This document shows positions 21,115 through 32,219 of a stretch of DNA of 64,000 bases, piece by piece. The notes beneath the pieces are model-generated. The model was not told the origin of the DNA. It ran no database searches and saw only the letters and a list, made by a program, of their open reading frames with translations. A program made the position numbers and the translations under genes. This stretch comes from Nostoc sp. DedSLP01 (GTDB taxonomy: Bacteria; Cyanobacteriota; Cyanobacteriia; Cyanobacteriales; Nostocaceae): positions 112,744 through 176,743 of the forward strand of contig JAVRCJ020000015.1 in assembly GCA_034530875.2 (NCBI GenBank), written 5' to 3'. The first letter of the stretch is position 1, and every line of letters begins with the position of its first letter.

Positions 21115-21663
21115 TCATCGCAATTTTTTGGCATTGATTCCTGTGAGGATACCAACTATTAGCCAAGCGATCACTAATCCGATGACTTCGCCTAAGAATA
21201 ATTGAGTGAAGCGGTGTAAGAGAATTCCGACAACAGAACCAAAAGGAATGGCAATTGCCCAACTTGCCGAAGAGACAAATATCCATCGCCACAGTACAGG
21301 GAATGGTTGGGAAATTGCTAAACATTGTGTCAACCCGATTCCCAAGCCGCCGAGTCCTCCATAAACGGCGCCATAGAGAATTCTTGTAGGGAGAGACTGA
21401 GTGCTAGGTACAATCCAACCCAAGCTACCAATACCGATGGCAGTGATGATACTCCAACCCAAAAGACTTGACAAAATCCACCGAATACAAAATATGGGTT
21501 GTTTGAGAAGAAAACCTTGGAAAAGTGCGATCGCAAATCCGCCGATAGCTGCTTCTAATATCCCAACATCAGGCTTTTCACCGATTTCTATTAACAACAA
21601 ACTCAATAAAAAACCGCCAAAAGTAGCTAAAGTCCAGAGAAACGTAAAGTTAAATAATGGCAT
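21115..21663 (-). CDS. Hypothetical multi-pass membrane protein
   Basis: 182 aa with about 6 Gly-rich hydrophobic helices and repeated RWI..S...W motifs. Confidence 0.75.
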   Translation of the reverse strand: MPLFNFTFLWTLATFGGFLLSLLLIEIGEKPDVGILEAAIGGFAIALFQGFLLKQPIFCIRWILSSLLGWSIITAIGIGSLGWIVPSTQSLPTRILYGAVYGGLGGLGIGLTQCLAISQPFPVLWRWIFVSSASWAIAIPFGSVVGILLHRFTQLFLGEVIGLVIAWLIVGILTGINAKKLR

Positions 21664-21829
21664 CGAGGGGACTGGGGACTGGTGACTGGGTACTGGTTAA
21701 ATAGGGTATGGGGCAATACAGTTCAGTTAAGAAATTTATCTGTTAAGGCAGGGAGGGGGAGCAGAGGAGGCAGGGGGAGAGGGAAAGACTTACTGCAAAT
21801 TCCCCTTTGCACCAGTCCCCAGTCACCAG

Positions 21830-23050
21830 TCACCAGCCCCCAGTCCCTTTTGTAAACATATCCAGAAAAGCCTTGCGTCGGTGTTGGGGTGATTCTGGTA
21901 CGATGTAACCCCACAGGCTTTCCCAGTAGAAAAAGGAGATACCGTCAAAATTGCGATCGCGCACTACTTGAACCTGTGCTTTAATTTGGGGAATTTTGAC
22001 CGGATTATGCACGGTTCCTGTTAAGATACCAATTCCTACCGGGATTAGACTTTGAGCCAATTTTACAGATGGTTGTTCGAGTTGAGCGATAAAAGAGTTT
22101 TTATCGCTGCGATATACCTGCAAAATTAACTCATCAGCTAAACCTTTTTTTACCCAATCTTCCCAATCTTGCAAATAGTATTTGTAGGCAAAAGCGTGGT
22201 AATTGGGAGACAAAGATATTTTTGCTTTCGGATTAACTGCTTTGACAGCTTGATAAATTTCTGCCATGAAATCAGTGATTTTGTCTGCTCGCCAACGCAT
22301 CCATTCTGGGTTAAAAGGATTACTTGGGGGATTTTTGCCTTGATGTTCTTGTTGGTAAAGTTCAATAGTGAAGCGATCGTAGCCAAACTGTACCGGCATT
22401 CCAAAATGGTCGTCAAGTTGAATACCATCGACATCATAATTTTTGACGACTTCCACAATTAGCCCTTGAATAAACTCTTGCACTTGTGGATGTAGAGGAT
22501 TTAACCAAGCTTGCTTATTTACTAACCCATTGTCAATTTCTTCTGGTGGAGTATCTTGAATAGAGTTTATACCTTCTTGTCCCATTGTCAACCAATCAGG
22601 ATAACGCCTTGCTAATTCTGAATAATGCGGCGTCATGAACCCATATTCAAACCAGGGAATGACTCTCAAATCTTTATTTTTAGCAAGCCTGACTATCTTG
22701 GCTAAAACATCCTGTCCGCCATGCATAAACTTGAGCAAAGGTTGAGTATCAGAACCTGTAGTCATTTTAGCTACAGTACTGTGATAAAAAGTATGTCCTC
22801 GGTTCCAAATTACAGGATAAATTGTATTAAAGTTGAGAGCTGATAATTGATTAACAGCGCGATTAATGCCCCAAGGGACAAATAGTACACCACTAGCAAC
22901 ATTAGTCAGCCAAACGCCGCGGATTTCTGTAGTTAAAGCACTTGTTTTTTGAGAATAGACTGGGGTTGAAGAGTGTGAGAAAAATGTTATCGCTATTACT
23001 AATCCCAAACAAAGCAAGTAAGAAAAAAATCGGCGTGCAACCTGATTCAT
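21830..23050 (-). CDS. Glycoside hydrolase family 10-like (DUF187/GHL10) protein
   Basis: Signal peptide, EIRGVWLT, LNFNTIYPVIWNRG, IPWFEYG, WLNPLHPQVQ, YDVDGIQLDDHF, QDWEDW. Confidence 0.9.
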   Translation of the reverse strand: MNQVARRFFSYLLCLGLVIAITFFSHSSTPVYSQKTSALTTEIRGVWLTNVASGVLFVPWGINRAVNQLSALNFNTIYPVIWNRGHTFYHSTVAKMTTGSDTQPLLKFMHGGQDVLAKIVRLAKNKDLRVIPWFEYGFMTPHYSELARRYPDWLTMGQEGINSIQDTPPEEIDNGLVNKQAWLNPLHPQVQEFIQGLIVEVVKNYDVDGIQLDDHFGMPVQFGYDRFTIELYQQEHQGKNPPSNPFNPEWMRWRADKITDFMAEIYQAVKAVNPKAKISLSPNYHAFAYKYYLQDWEDWVKKGLADELILQVYRSDKNSFIAQLEQPSVKLAQSLIPVGIGILTGTVHNPVKIPQIKAQVQVVRDRNFDGISFFYWESLWGYIVPESPQHRRKAFLDMFTKGTGGW

Positions 23051-23182
23051 TGGTCAGCGTTACCTAATGCGATCGCAATATTATATATAACTACAAAATA
23101 AAATTCTAATCCTCCGGTATTTATGAATAAATCATGATTAAATTTTCTAAAACCTGCAACCATATATAGTTAAATTGGCTAC

Positions 23183-23218
23183 AAAAAAGAGCCAATGCTG
23201 TCATCAACAGCATTGGTT
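23183..23218 (-). terminator. Intrinsic terminator (minus strand)
   Basis: 10-bp stem CCAATGCTGT/ACAGCATTGG followed on the minus strand by CTCTTTTTT. Confidence 0.7.
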
Positions 23219-23390
23219 TCTAACTTTTATTTACAATGATTCTTTTATTTGTTGCGAGGTGCTTATTCGTTAATTTGCACGCTTGTCATCCGTAGGGTCA
23301 GCCGGAAAATTCGTTAAATATCAGTGAGATGGACTGCTTACCCTACTCTACCTTCTCCCGTATGGTGTCGTCTTGTAGCAGACTCAAAAC
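23183..23390. ncRNA. Candidate structured small RNA
   Basis: Stem GTAGGGTCAGC (23292-23302) / GCTTACCCTAC (23336-23346), the motif ATTCGTTAA twice in loops, an adjacent terminator and no ORF. Identity and strand are unresolved. Confidence 0.4.
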
Positions 23391-23568
23391 TGTAGAAAGT
23401 TTTTATCTTGCTTATACCTCAATACGCTTGGTGTTAAGCCCAAAAAAATAAATTGTGTAGATTGTGTTGAACAAAGTGAAACCCAACAAATGCCCGATAG
23501 TGTTGGGTTTCGTTCCTCACCAACCTACAATTATCCTTAACTGACCTGTATTGGCTTATACTTCTTTT

Positions 23569-25041
23569 TTAAAATCTTTCGACACCTTCAAATTGCTTGA
23601 TAGACGACGCATTTGCAGCTTCACCACAAGTTCGTGGTGTGGGGAATATCTTTTCAGGATTTGCTAAACCTTGAGGATTAAAAACTTGTCGTATCCATTG
23701 CATAGTTTCTAAATCAACTTGGCTAAACATTTCCGGCATATAGCACTTTTTCTCTTCACCAATGCCATGTTCGCCAGAAATACTACCACCAACTTGGACG
23801 CAAAGTTTGAGAATTTTTCCTCCCATTTCTTCAACTTTTTCTAATGCTCCAGGCACAGAATTATCATACAGAATTAGCGGATGCAGATTGCCATCCCCAG
23901 CGTGAAACACATTAGCAACTCGATACCCATATTGTTCGCTTAAAATTCTAATTTCATGCAGCACATAAGGCAACTGAGTCCGAGGAATCACACCATCTTG
24001 TACATAATAATCTGGACTTAAATTTCCAGCAGCAGCAAAAGCAGCTTTACGCCCTTTCCATAACTTCAACCGTGTTTCTGGGTCGCTAGCAGAAGTAACA
24101 TTACGCGCTCCATTCTTTTTACAAATTTCTATAACTCGCTGCTTATTGCCTGTAACTTCGACTTCCAACCCGTCAATTTCTATCAGCAAAATAGCAGCAG
24201 CATCGCGGGGATAACAATTAGTTGCGACAACATCTTCAACCGCATTGATAGTAAAGTTATCCATCATTTCCATACCACCAGGAATAATTCCGGCACTGAT
24301 GATGTCAGAAACAGTAGCTCCAGCAGCTTCAATACTTGTGAAATCTGCTAATAGCACACAAATTGATTCTGCACTTTTGAGAATTCGCAAAGTAATTTCT
24401 GTCGCAATTCCTAAAGTGCCTTCAGAACCAACAAAAACACCAGTTAAATCGTAACCAGGCATTTCTGGAATTTGTCCGCCTAAATCAACAATTTCTCCTA
24501 AAGGTGTAACAATTTTTAATCCTAAAACGTGGTTAGTAGTGACGCCATATTTCAGACAATGCACGCCACCAGAATTTTCGGCAATATTTCCGCCAATAGA
24601 GCAAATAATTTGGCTAGAAGGGTCAGGAGCGTAGTAAAAACCAGCACCACTAACGGCTTGTGTCACCCAACTATTAATCACCCCTGGTTGCACAACTGTC
24701 CGTTGATTTTCCAAATCAATGCTGAGGATTTGCCGCATTAATGAAGTGACAATTAAAACCGAATCTTCCAACGGCAAAGCACCGCCAGATAAACCGGTGC
24801 CAGAACCACGCGCGATGAACGGGATAGAGTATTGGTTGCATATTTTCACAACTTGGGCAACTTGTTCTGTAGTTCTCGGTAAAACCACCACAGCCGGACG
24901 TTGACGATAGCCGGTTAAACCATCGCATTCATAAGTAATAAGTTCTTCGCGGCGTTGCACTACACCATTTTTGCCAAGTACAGCCTCGAATGCTTTGATA
25001 ATGGGTTTCCAGTTACGTTGTTTTTTATCTTGGGTAAGCAT
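23569..25041 (-). CDS. glcD: Glycolate oxidase/dehydrogenase subunit GlcD
   Basis: YECDGL, ARGSGTGLSGGA, APDPSSQIICSIGGNIAENSGGVHCLKYG, FHAGDGNLHP, GSISGEHGIG. Confidence 0.95.
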   Translation of the reverse strand: MLTQDKKQRNWKPIIKAFEAVLGKNGVVQRREELITYECDGLTGYRQRPAVVVLPRTTEQVAQVVKICNQYSIPFIARGSGTGLSGGALPLEDSVLIVTSLMRQILSIDLENQRTVVQPGVINSWVTQAVSGAGFYYAPDPSSQIICSIGGNIAENSGGVHCLKYGVTTNHVLGLKIVTPLGEIVDLGGQIPEMPGYDLTGVFVGSEGTLGIATEITLRILKSAESICVLLADFTSIEAAGATVSDIISAGIIPGGMEMMDNFTINAVEDVVATNCYPRDAAAILLIEIDGLEVEVTGNKQRVIEICKKNGARNVTSASDPETRLKLWKGRKAAFAAAGNLSPDYYVQDGVIPRTQLPYVLHEIRILSEQYGYRVANVFHAGDGNLHPLILYDNSVPGALEKVEEMGGKILKLCVQVGGSISGEHGIGEEKKCYMPEMFSQVDLETMQWIRQVFNPQGLANPEKIFPTPRTCGEAANASSIKQFEGVERF

Positions 25042-25282
25042 AGGTTTTTAAAGGTAGATGTTTAAGCTTGATTAGGCTGTAATTACCATTGTTGCAAGAA
25101 TAGCAGTTCGTGAGAAGTAAGAAGCGATCGCTCTGGTCTTCTGGATTCCGCTTAAGGTTGAGGAGGCGATCGCATTGCTTATATTTATTTGTTTAGGGTA
25201 TCGATTAAGGTGAGGTAAGGTAACTTAGGAATTTACAATTAGCCCTTACAACCTCATATATTAATAAACAAACTTTCGTATC

Positions 25283-25609
25283 TTATGAAATGATTTCGTT
25301 ACTCAGGTCATGCCCTTCAATAAATTCCTGGACAAGATAAAATTCTCTATTTTCCTCAAAAAAGTCATACAGTTCAGGAATTTGCAGATGTTCTTTACCC
25401 AATTTGAACAGAATTGCTGCTTCTTTCTTAAATCTTTGCTCTGTATCTAGGTCTGGGGCTGAGGATCCGATCAACCGTTTGATAACACATTTATACTTAG
25501 GTATGACTGGTAGATCCTGTGGGTATTTAGCCAAATAGGTTTCTCCGAACCCACCTGCTCCCAATTTCTCTACAATTTTGTAACGCTGTCGGAGTATATA
25601 TCCAATCAT
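25283..25609 (-). pseudogene. Truncated Ser/Thr protein kinase (N-lobe only)
   Basis: RYKIVEKLGAGGFGETYLA, CVIKRL, RFKKEAAIL, IPELYDFFEE..EFYLVQEFIEG, then a stop. HRDIKP and DFG are absent, and no continuation is visible downstream. Confidence 0.8.
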
Positions 25610-25737
25610 GACACTGATACTAGAAACCCTTTGTGTAGATTTTGGCACAATTTATTTGATAACAGCATTCTTGTTGTTAATTACTCTCTTATCCTGAATC
25701 AACTAACCTAGAAATAACGCTCTTAATACTGGATACA

Positions 25738-26469
25738 GTGATGGTTAATCAACTTTTAATCCATGATGATGATTACTATGTGCCAGATGCCAACCAGTTA
25801 GTTACTGAAGATGATACACCTGTGGACAATTTTGCTTCCGAAAAACAACAACGTCTCTTGGTTGGCTCTCTTTACAGTTCTCCACAGGAGCAGACTTTTT
25901 TAGCAGCAGCGAATGTCGGCATTTACCATACAGATGGTCAACCAGCAATTGTACCTGATGTCTTTCTCAGCTTCAATGTCCAAGTACCTGAAAATTGGTG
26001 GGAAAAACAAAATCGTTGTTATATGGTTTGGCGTTTTGGTAAACCACCAGAAGTTGTCCTCGAAATTGTCTCTAATAAAGAAGGTGATGAACTGGGCAAA
26101 AAGCTGAAAATTTATGAACACATGCGGGCTAGTTACTACATCGTATATGACCCAAATCAGCAATTAGCAGAAAAAATATTGCATGTTTATGAACTTAGGG
26201 GAACACGCTACTTTGAAACTTCAGAAACTTGGTTAGAACAAGTTGGTTTAGGTATAACTCTATGGCAAGGTGAATTTGAAAGTAGACAAGATACTTGGTT
26301 ACGCTGGTGCTACCAAGATGGAACTGTTTTAACAACAGGAGATGAACGTGCTGAACAGGAACGACAACTTGCTGAACAGGAACGACAACGTGCTGAAAAA
26401 GCAGAACAACGCAATCAATTACTAGCAGATAGACTACGGGCTATGGGCGTAGATCCTGACACTCTTTAA
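25738..26469 (+). CDS. Uma2 family (DUF820) endonuclease-like protein
   Basis: TEDDTPVDNF, IVPDVFLS, KPPEVVLEIVS, YYIVYDP, WLRW, C-terminal AEQERQ repeats and LRAMGVDPD. Confidence 0.92.
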   Translation: MMVNQLLIHDDDYYVPDANQLVTEDDTPVDNFASEKQQRLLVGSLYSSPQEQTFLAAANVGIYHTDGQPAIVPDVFLSFNVQVPENWWEKQNRCYMVWRFGKPPEVVLEIVSNKEGDELGKKLKIYEHMRASYYIVYDPNQQLAEKILHVYELRGTRYFETSETWLEQVGLGITLWQGEFESRQDTWLRWCYQDGTVLTTGDERAEQERQLAEQERQRAEKAEQRNQLLADRLRAMGVDPDTL

Positions 26470-26481
26470 GACACTCGCTGT

Positions 26482-26508
26482 AAAGACGCAAAGTTCTTTT
26501 GCGTCTTT
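26482..26508. terminator. Hairpin between convergent Uma2 and miaA
   Basis: AAAGACGCAAAG TTC TTTTGCGTCTTT. Confidence 0.55.
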
Positions 26509-26528
26509 GCATAAGCAAAAAAATCTTA

Positions 26529-27434
26529 CTAACTTGTGCAATTGATAAACTCATTTATCCGTCGCCAAACCTTCTCTAATAACTCAGGATCGTCCGCATC
26601 AAACCACTCAATTTGTGAATATGCTCTAAACCAAGTACGTTGTCGCTTGGCAAATTGTCTTGTATGCAAAATAGTTAATTCTTTCGCTTCATCTAAGGAA
26701 ATATCCCCAGCTAAATATTGCTTGATTTCTTGATAGCCCAAAGTATTCAACAATGGCAAATCAGCGCCATATTTTTGACATAAATATTCCACTTCAGCGA
26801 CCAAACCATTTGCTATCATTTGCTCGGTACGCTGTTGAATACGTAGACCCAACTTTTCAACATCGCAATCTAACCCAATTTGTAAAATCGGATAATTTGG
26901 TGGATTTTCCCCTTGCTGTTCTGAAATTGGATATCCAGTTACATAATATACTTCTAAAGCTCGTAAAGTTCGTACTAAGTCATTAGCATGAATTTTTTGG
27001 GCAGCAACGGGATCGACTTGTTGCAACATTGCATAAAGTTGATTTTGACCGAGAGATTCAAGTTGCGATCGCAATTCATTTTGCGCTGCCACACGAGGAA
27101 TTTTCATCCCTTGGACAATAGACCGTATGTATAAACCAGTACCTCCAACCATGAACAGTGGCAAGCCAGATGGAAAAGAATTGATTAAGGCTTGCACTTT
27201 TTGCTGATAGTCTGCTACTGTCATCGTGTCTGTTGGGTCGCAGATATCTATTAAATAGTGGGGCACTAATTTTTGTTCAGCTAGACTTGGCTTTGCCGTT
27301 CCAATATCAAACTCCCGATAAACTTGGCGAGAGTCAGCACTGAGAATTACAGAACCCAACCGCATTGCCAAAGCCAAAGCCAACCCTGACTTCCCCGTTG
27401 CCGTCGCCCCACAAATTACAATTAATCTTGTCAT
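26529..27434 (-). CDS. miaA: tRNA dimethylallyltransferase
   Basis: GATATGKS, SADSRQVYREFDIGTAKP, VGGTGLY, RALEV, TRQFAKRQRTWF. Confidence 0.97.
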   Translation of the reverse strand: MTRLIVICGATATGKSGLALALAMRLGSVILSADSRQVYREFDIGTAKPSLAEQKLVPHYLIDICDPTDTMTVADYQQKVQALINSFPSGLPLFMVGGTGLYIRSIVQGMKIPRVAAQNELRSQLESLGQNQLYAMLQQVDPVAAQKIHANDLVRTLRALEVYYVTGYPISEQQGENPPNYPILQIGLDCDVEKLGLRIQQRTEQMIANGLVAEVEYLCQKYGADLPLLNTLGYQEIKQYLAGDISLDEAKELTILHTRQFAKRQRTWFRAYSQIEWFDADDPELLEKVWRRINEFINCTS

Positions 27435-27545
27435 TAGTCATTAGTCATTAGTCATTAGTCATTAGTCATTAGTCATTAGTTTTTTTCCCTCTCCCCCTGC
27501 CTCCTCTGCCTCCTCTGCCTCCCCTGCCCCTCCACCCCTGCTCCC
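27430..27545. repeat. STRR heptamer tract (GTCATTA x7) plus CTCCTCTGC/CCCCTGC tract
   Basis: Direct reading of tandem units overlapping the miaA start codon. Confidence 0.85.
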
Positions 27546-27685
27546 AAGGGTACTGCAACCCCTGTATAAACTTCTCTTGAAAATGCCCTACAGACGGCAG
27601 CAAGGCTTTTGTGTTACAATTTTGGAGTGTTTTTACTTTTATTTGCCTTTCGGCGAGTTAAACCCCACGCATCAGGAGAATTTAC

Positions 27686-29623
27686 ATGACGAGCAGTTAC
27701 AGTGCCGATCAGATTCAAGTTCTGGAAGGTCTGGAAGCCGTCCGCAAACGACCAGGAATGTACATCGGTACTACAGGGCCGCGAGGACTCCACCATTTAG
27801 TTTACGAGGTGGTAGACAATTCAATTGATGAGGCTTTGGCGGGTTACTGCACCCATATAGAGGTGGATATCAACGCTGATGGTTCTGTAACTGTAACAGA
27901 TGATGGTCGCGGTATTCCTACAGATACTCACTCACGAACGGGAAAATCAGCTTTGGAAACTGTGTTAACCGTACTTCATGCTGGGGGTAAGTTTGGCGGT
28001 GGTGGTTACAAAGTTTCTGGAGGATTGCACGGGGTTGGTATTTCTGTTGTTAATGCCTTGTCTGAGATTGTAGAAGTTACAGTTTGGCGAGACAAAAAGG
28101 TTCATACCCAACGCTATGAACGGGGTGTACCAGTTACCGATTTGCAAGTTAAGCCTTACAAAGAAGCTAGAACTGGAACTTCTGTCAGCTTCAAGCCAGA
28201 TACTCAAATTTTTACCACTGGTATTGAGTTTGATTACATTACTTTATCAGGTCGCCTGCGAGAATTAGCTTATCTAAATGCTGGTGTCAAAATTACCTTT
28301 AGCGACCACCGCCTAGAATTACTCAAAAGCGATACACCCAAGGTAGAATCCTACGAATACAAGGGTGGGATTAAAGAATATATCGCTTACATGAACCGTG
28401 AAAAGCAGCCACTACATGAAGAAATTATCTATGTCCAAGGGGAACGGAATAACGTTCAAGTAGAAGTTTCTTTACAGTGGTGTACCGATGCTTATACGGA
28501 TAACGTGTTAGGCTTTGCTAACAATATTCGCACGGTTGATGGGGGCACGCACTTAGAAGGGTTGAAAGCAGTTCTGACTCGCACGTTAAATGCGATCGCC
28601 CGCAAGCGAAATAAAATTAAAGAAAATGAACCCAACCTCAGTGGCGAACACGTCCGCGAAGGTTTAACAGCAGTAATTTCTGTCAAAGTCCCCGACCCAG
28701 AATTTGAAGGACAAACCAAAACCAAACTCGGTAACACTGAAGTCCGGGGAATTGTCGATTCTTTGGTGGGAGAAGTCCTCACGGAGTACCTAGAATTTCA
28801 CCCCGGTATTGCTGATGCGATTTTAGATAAAGCCATCCAAGCTTTCAAAGCCGCAGAAGCCGCGCGTCACGCGCGGGAATTAGTCAGACGCAAATCTGTA
28901 CTGGAATCTTCGCCATTACCCGGTAAATTAGCAGATTGTAGTTCTCGCGATCCTAGCGAATCAGAGATTTTCATCGTGGAAGGTGACTCAGCGGGTGGAA
29001 GTGCCAAGCAAGGACGCGATCGCCGCACTCAAGCTATCTTGCCTTTACGTGGTAAAATTCTCAACATTGAAAAAACCGATGACGCCAAAATTTATAAAAA
29101 TAACGAAGTGCAAGCGTTAATTACAGCACTGGGTTTAGGCGTCAAAGGCGAAGAATTCGACTCCTCCCAACTGCGCTATCACCGCATAGTGATTATGACT
29201 GACGCCGACGTAGATGGAGCGCACATCCGGACTTTGTTGTTAACTTTCTTCTATCGCTATCAGCGATCGCTCATCGAACAAGGCTTTATTTATATTGCTT
29301 GTCCGCCATTATATAAGGTAGAACGCGGGCGCAATCATGAATATTGCTACAGCGATCGCGAAAAAGACCAAGTAATCGCCAAATTCCCAGCCAATGCCAA
29401 CTACACCATCCAACGCTTCAAAGGTTTGGGTGAAATGATGCCACAACAACTCTGGGATACGACAATGAACCCAGAAACTCGCAAACTCAAACAAGTCGAA
29501 ATCGAAGACGCCGCCGAAGCCGATCGCATTTTCACTATTTTAATGGGCGATCGTGTCGCACCTCGAAGAGAATTCATTGAAACCTATGGTTCTAAACTCA
29601 ACTTCACCGATTTAGATATTTAA
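27686..29623 (+). CDS. gyrB: DNA gyrase subunit B
   Basis: [71 protein letters not shown]. Confidence 0.98.
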   Translation: MTSSYSADQIQVLEGLEAVRKRPGMYIGTTGPRGLHHLVYEVVDNSIDEALAGYCTHIEVDINADGSVTVTDDGRGIPTDTHSRTGKSALETVLTVLHAGGKFGGGGYKVSGGLHGVGISVVNALSEIVEVTVWRDKKVHTQRYERGVPVTDLQVKPYKEARTGTSVSFKPDTQIFTTGIEFDYITLSGRLRELAYLNAGVKITFSDHRLELLKSDTPKVESYEYKGGIKEYIAYMNREKQPLHEEIIYVQGERNNVQVEVSLQWCTDAYTDNVLGFANNIRTVDGGTHLEGLKAVLTRTLNAIARKRNKIKENEPNLSGEHVREGLTAVISVKVPDPEFEGQTKTKLGNTEVRGIVDSLVGEVLTEYLEFHPGIADAILDKAIQAFKAAEAARHARELVRRKSVLESSPLPGKLADCSSRDPSESEIFIVEGDSAGGSAKQGRDRRTQAILPLRGKILNIEKTDDAKIYKNNEVQALITALGLGVKGEEFDSSQLRYHRIVIMTDADVDGAHIRTLLLTFFYRYQRSLIEQGFIYIACPPLYKVERGRNHEYCYSDREKDQVIAKFPANANYTIQRFKGLGEMMPQQLWDTTMNPETRKLKQVEIEDAAEADRIFTILMGDRVAPRREFIETYGSKLNFTDLDI

Positions 29624-29661
29624 TTCAATTTTTTCTCAGCACTCTCATAATTTGTGACGTT

Positions 29662-29708
29662 GGCAATGGGTAATAGATACAAAATCTATTACCCATTGCC
29701 TTTTTTTT
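29662..29708 (+). terminator. Intrinsic terminator of gyrB
   Basis: 17-bp stem GGCAATGGGTAATAGAT/ATCTATTACCCATTGCC followed by T8. Confidence 0.85.
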
Positions 29709-30026
29709 CATATACCATTCAAAGTAAAATATTACTAATAAGCAGGAATTTGAAAATAAAAAATATTCAAATTTTCTTGTGGGGTGGGCGTCTCGCCCGC
29801 CCGTAATCAAGGCAGACAAGATGTTTGCTCAAAAAATACTAATTTATTTCTTGGTAACCCCTTAGTAAGAAACTACCTCTTTTGGCGGATGCTAAACTCA
29901 GAAATTATTCAATATTTTATATTAATTTTTATAACTAACAATTATACCGATAAATAAGTGACCATATTCATAAATTCAGGAATTATTAACTATAATTCTT
30001 GAATTAATTTAATTATAAGCCAAATT

Positions 30027-30698
30027 ATGAAAGCAACCAAAGGCATAATCAGAAAAACATTTTTTAAAATTATTAGCATTAGTAGCCTGGTTTCTCTGTC
30101 TGCCTGCGCTGAACCTGTGACACAAACTCCTACAGCAACCGTTCCTTCTATTTCCCAAACCCCTCTAACAACTGTCCCTCCTATTGTGGGAGTTCCCACA
30201 ATAATTCCTTCTCCCGTAACGCAAACTCCCCCACCCACTCAAAATTTAGCAGAACTGGCAAAAACAGCAGCAGCTCAGGGACAATTTCAAACTCTTATAA
30301 AAGTAGTAGGCATCGCTGGCGTAAACGAACAATTAACAGCACCAGGCCCTTACACAATTTTTGCACCCACGGACGCGGCTTTCTCTGCTTTACCACAAGT
30401 TACTCTAGATAAACTCTTACAGCCAGCTAACAAGCAACAATTAGTTAGACTTTTGGCTTACCACGTTATACCCGGGCAAATTAACTCCCAAGAATTAACA
30501 TCTGGAGAATTGAAAACCGTCGAAGGTACTCCGGTTAAAATCACAGTCGATCGCAATACTAAAACTATAAGCGTCAACAATGCTAAAGTGACTCAGCCTG
30601 ATATCCCAGCAACCAATGGGATCGTTCACGTAGTTGACCGCGTACTTCTACCACCCAATTTTCCCACAAGTCTCAACGCCACCCCAAAACAACGCTAG
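30027..30698 (+). CDS. Fasciclin (FAS1) domain lipoprotein
   Basis: Lipobox LSAC, Pro/Thr linker, YTIFAPTDAAF, LLAYHVI, ATNGIVHVVDRVLLP. Confidence 0.92.
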   Translation: MKATKGIIRKTFFKIISISSLVSLSACAEPVTQTPTATVPSISQTPLTTVPPIVGVPTIIPSPVTQTPPPTQNLAELAKTAAAQGQFQTLIKVVGIAGVNEQLTAPGPYTIFAPTDAAFSALPQVTLDKLLQPANKQQLVRLLAYHVIPGQINSQELTSGELKTVEGTPVKITVDRNTKTISVNNAKVTQPDIPATNGIVHVVDRVLLPPNFPTSLNATPKQR

Positions 30699-32219
30699 CG
30701 ATCTATTAATCCAACAATCTTGCGATCGTAATCGCAAATCAAAGAAATACAAAGACTCTTTCCTCACTCCCTACGTCTATTCAACATCACCTGCAAAAAA
30801 TACAAACTTGTACTACATAAACTACAAAAAAACTCAATTTTTCAGTTAACAACTCATCATATAATTTGAGTTATTGTGAAGATTTAAAAAACTCAATGTT
30901 CAAATTTTGGCAAAGCTACCAACTTTTTTGGAAAATAGGCGATTAACTCTGCCTTGGATTAACTTGCCGAGCAATTTCATCCATCAGTCAGAAACACATT
31001 TGTTATCCTTGAATAACATAACTAAATATCATCTATCAAACAACAATTAATAAGTATTCTGAGGATTTCTCATAATCAGATGACAAATCAATCGCAAACT
31101 ACTGAATGAAAAGTAGTTAAAAATACAACAAATTTACTTAAAGAAACTCATCAGGCAAATACTTGAGTTTTCTTTCCTCAAGCTTATGCTTAATAAAAGC
31201 AAGCACCATCTGACTGAAAACTTGTTAATATCTTCATGTAGCACTGTGAGAGTAGTTATTGCATTGGATGTAGCCAATGTACTTGCGGTTTAAGTAAAGC
31301 AACATTGACGATCTTTCAGGACAAATCCTTTTTCAATTGATTAAAATATCCTTGTATACAATAAGAAAAGTTTGTCAAGTTTCATAGGGCTGAAATCGCC
31401 ACATTGCGCTAACGTGTGAATAAGACCAAATTAGTTAATCCTAAAGAGATCTACTATCCGGTCGATTCTGCAACAACCTCAACTCCTTAGTTCAGGTAAT
31501 TCTTACGCAGAAGGTTAACTACTTAGAGGCAAGCACCACGACTCTTGTTGTATTTATCCAAAGGAAAAGACCACTTCGATCCAAGGGCTGATTGATTTAT
31601 GAAGGAAATGTAAAATGGAAAGGTTAAGACTTTTCGCCTGAGCTAATATAACAATGTACTCTTTCTCAGTAATTAATGTTGTGTAAAATACATGAAATTA
31701 AGCAAAACAAAGTGTACCTAACTTTGTAAATGTAATCAAAGAACCACTGCAATTCTGAAAAGTGTAGAAAATATTAAAGGGTAGAATTCCCGTTTTTAAT
31801 GTCTTTTTGGTAAAAGTGGCTAACAATTGCTTAATGAATTTGCGATCGATACACAAAAAGAGTGCAATTTTTGTGAAACAGGCTACAATCGGAAGAGTCT
31901 TTATACTAAAATCTGCCAAAAGTCTGAATCTGTTTATATCGAGTGGCAAGTTTTTGATAAAGGCGAGTCTTTTTTTAAGGCAGTCACTTAAAAATTAAGT
32001 GTGATAGCAATACATATCACATTTACTAAAGCGAACAAGTCAGCTTTAGTAGTGACTTAAACTAAAGCAAAAAGCCCTCCAACAGAGGTGCAAAAGTACC
32101 GAAAATATCTCTGGTAAATCTGCCAGAAAACTGATTTTCGGTTGTCAAATCGCTCGTTAAAAAGAGCATTAACACACATCTTGAGTAATTGATTCTGCAA
32201 GGAGCATGAGGAACGCGGC

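Noticed and set aside
20804..21325. ORFs 20804-21325 (-) and 20829-21137 (+) with heptad repeats as real genes
   Set aside because: They are open only because the 21-nt unit lacks stops. They overlap STRR arms and another gene, and have no clear RBS.
23240..23390. 6S RNA (ssaA/ssrS)
   Set aside because: The long-hairpin shape is suggestive, but I could not match it to cyanobacterial 6S sequence features and it appears short. Kept only as an unidentified sRNA candidate.
31270..31282. NtcA site upstream of sigA (GTAGCCAATGTAC)
   Set aside because: The spacer is 7 nt, not the GTA-N8-TAC consensus.
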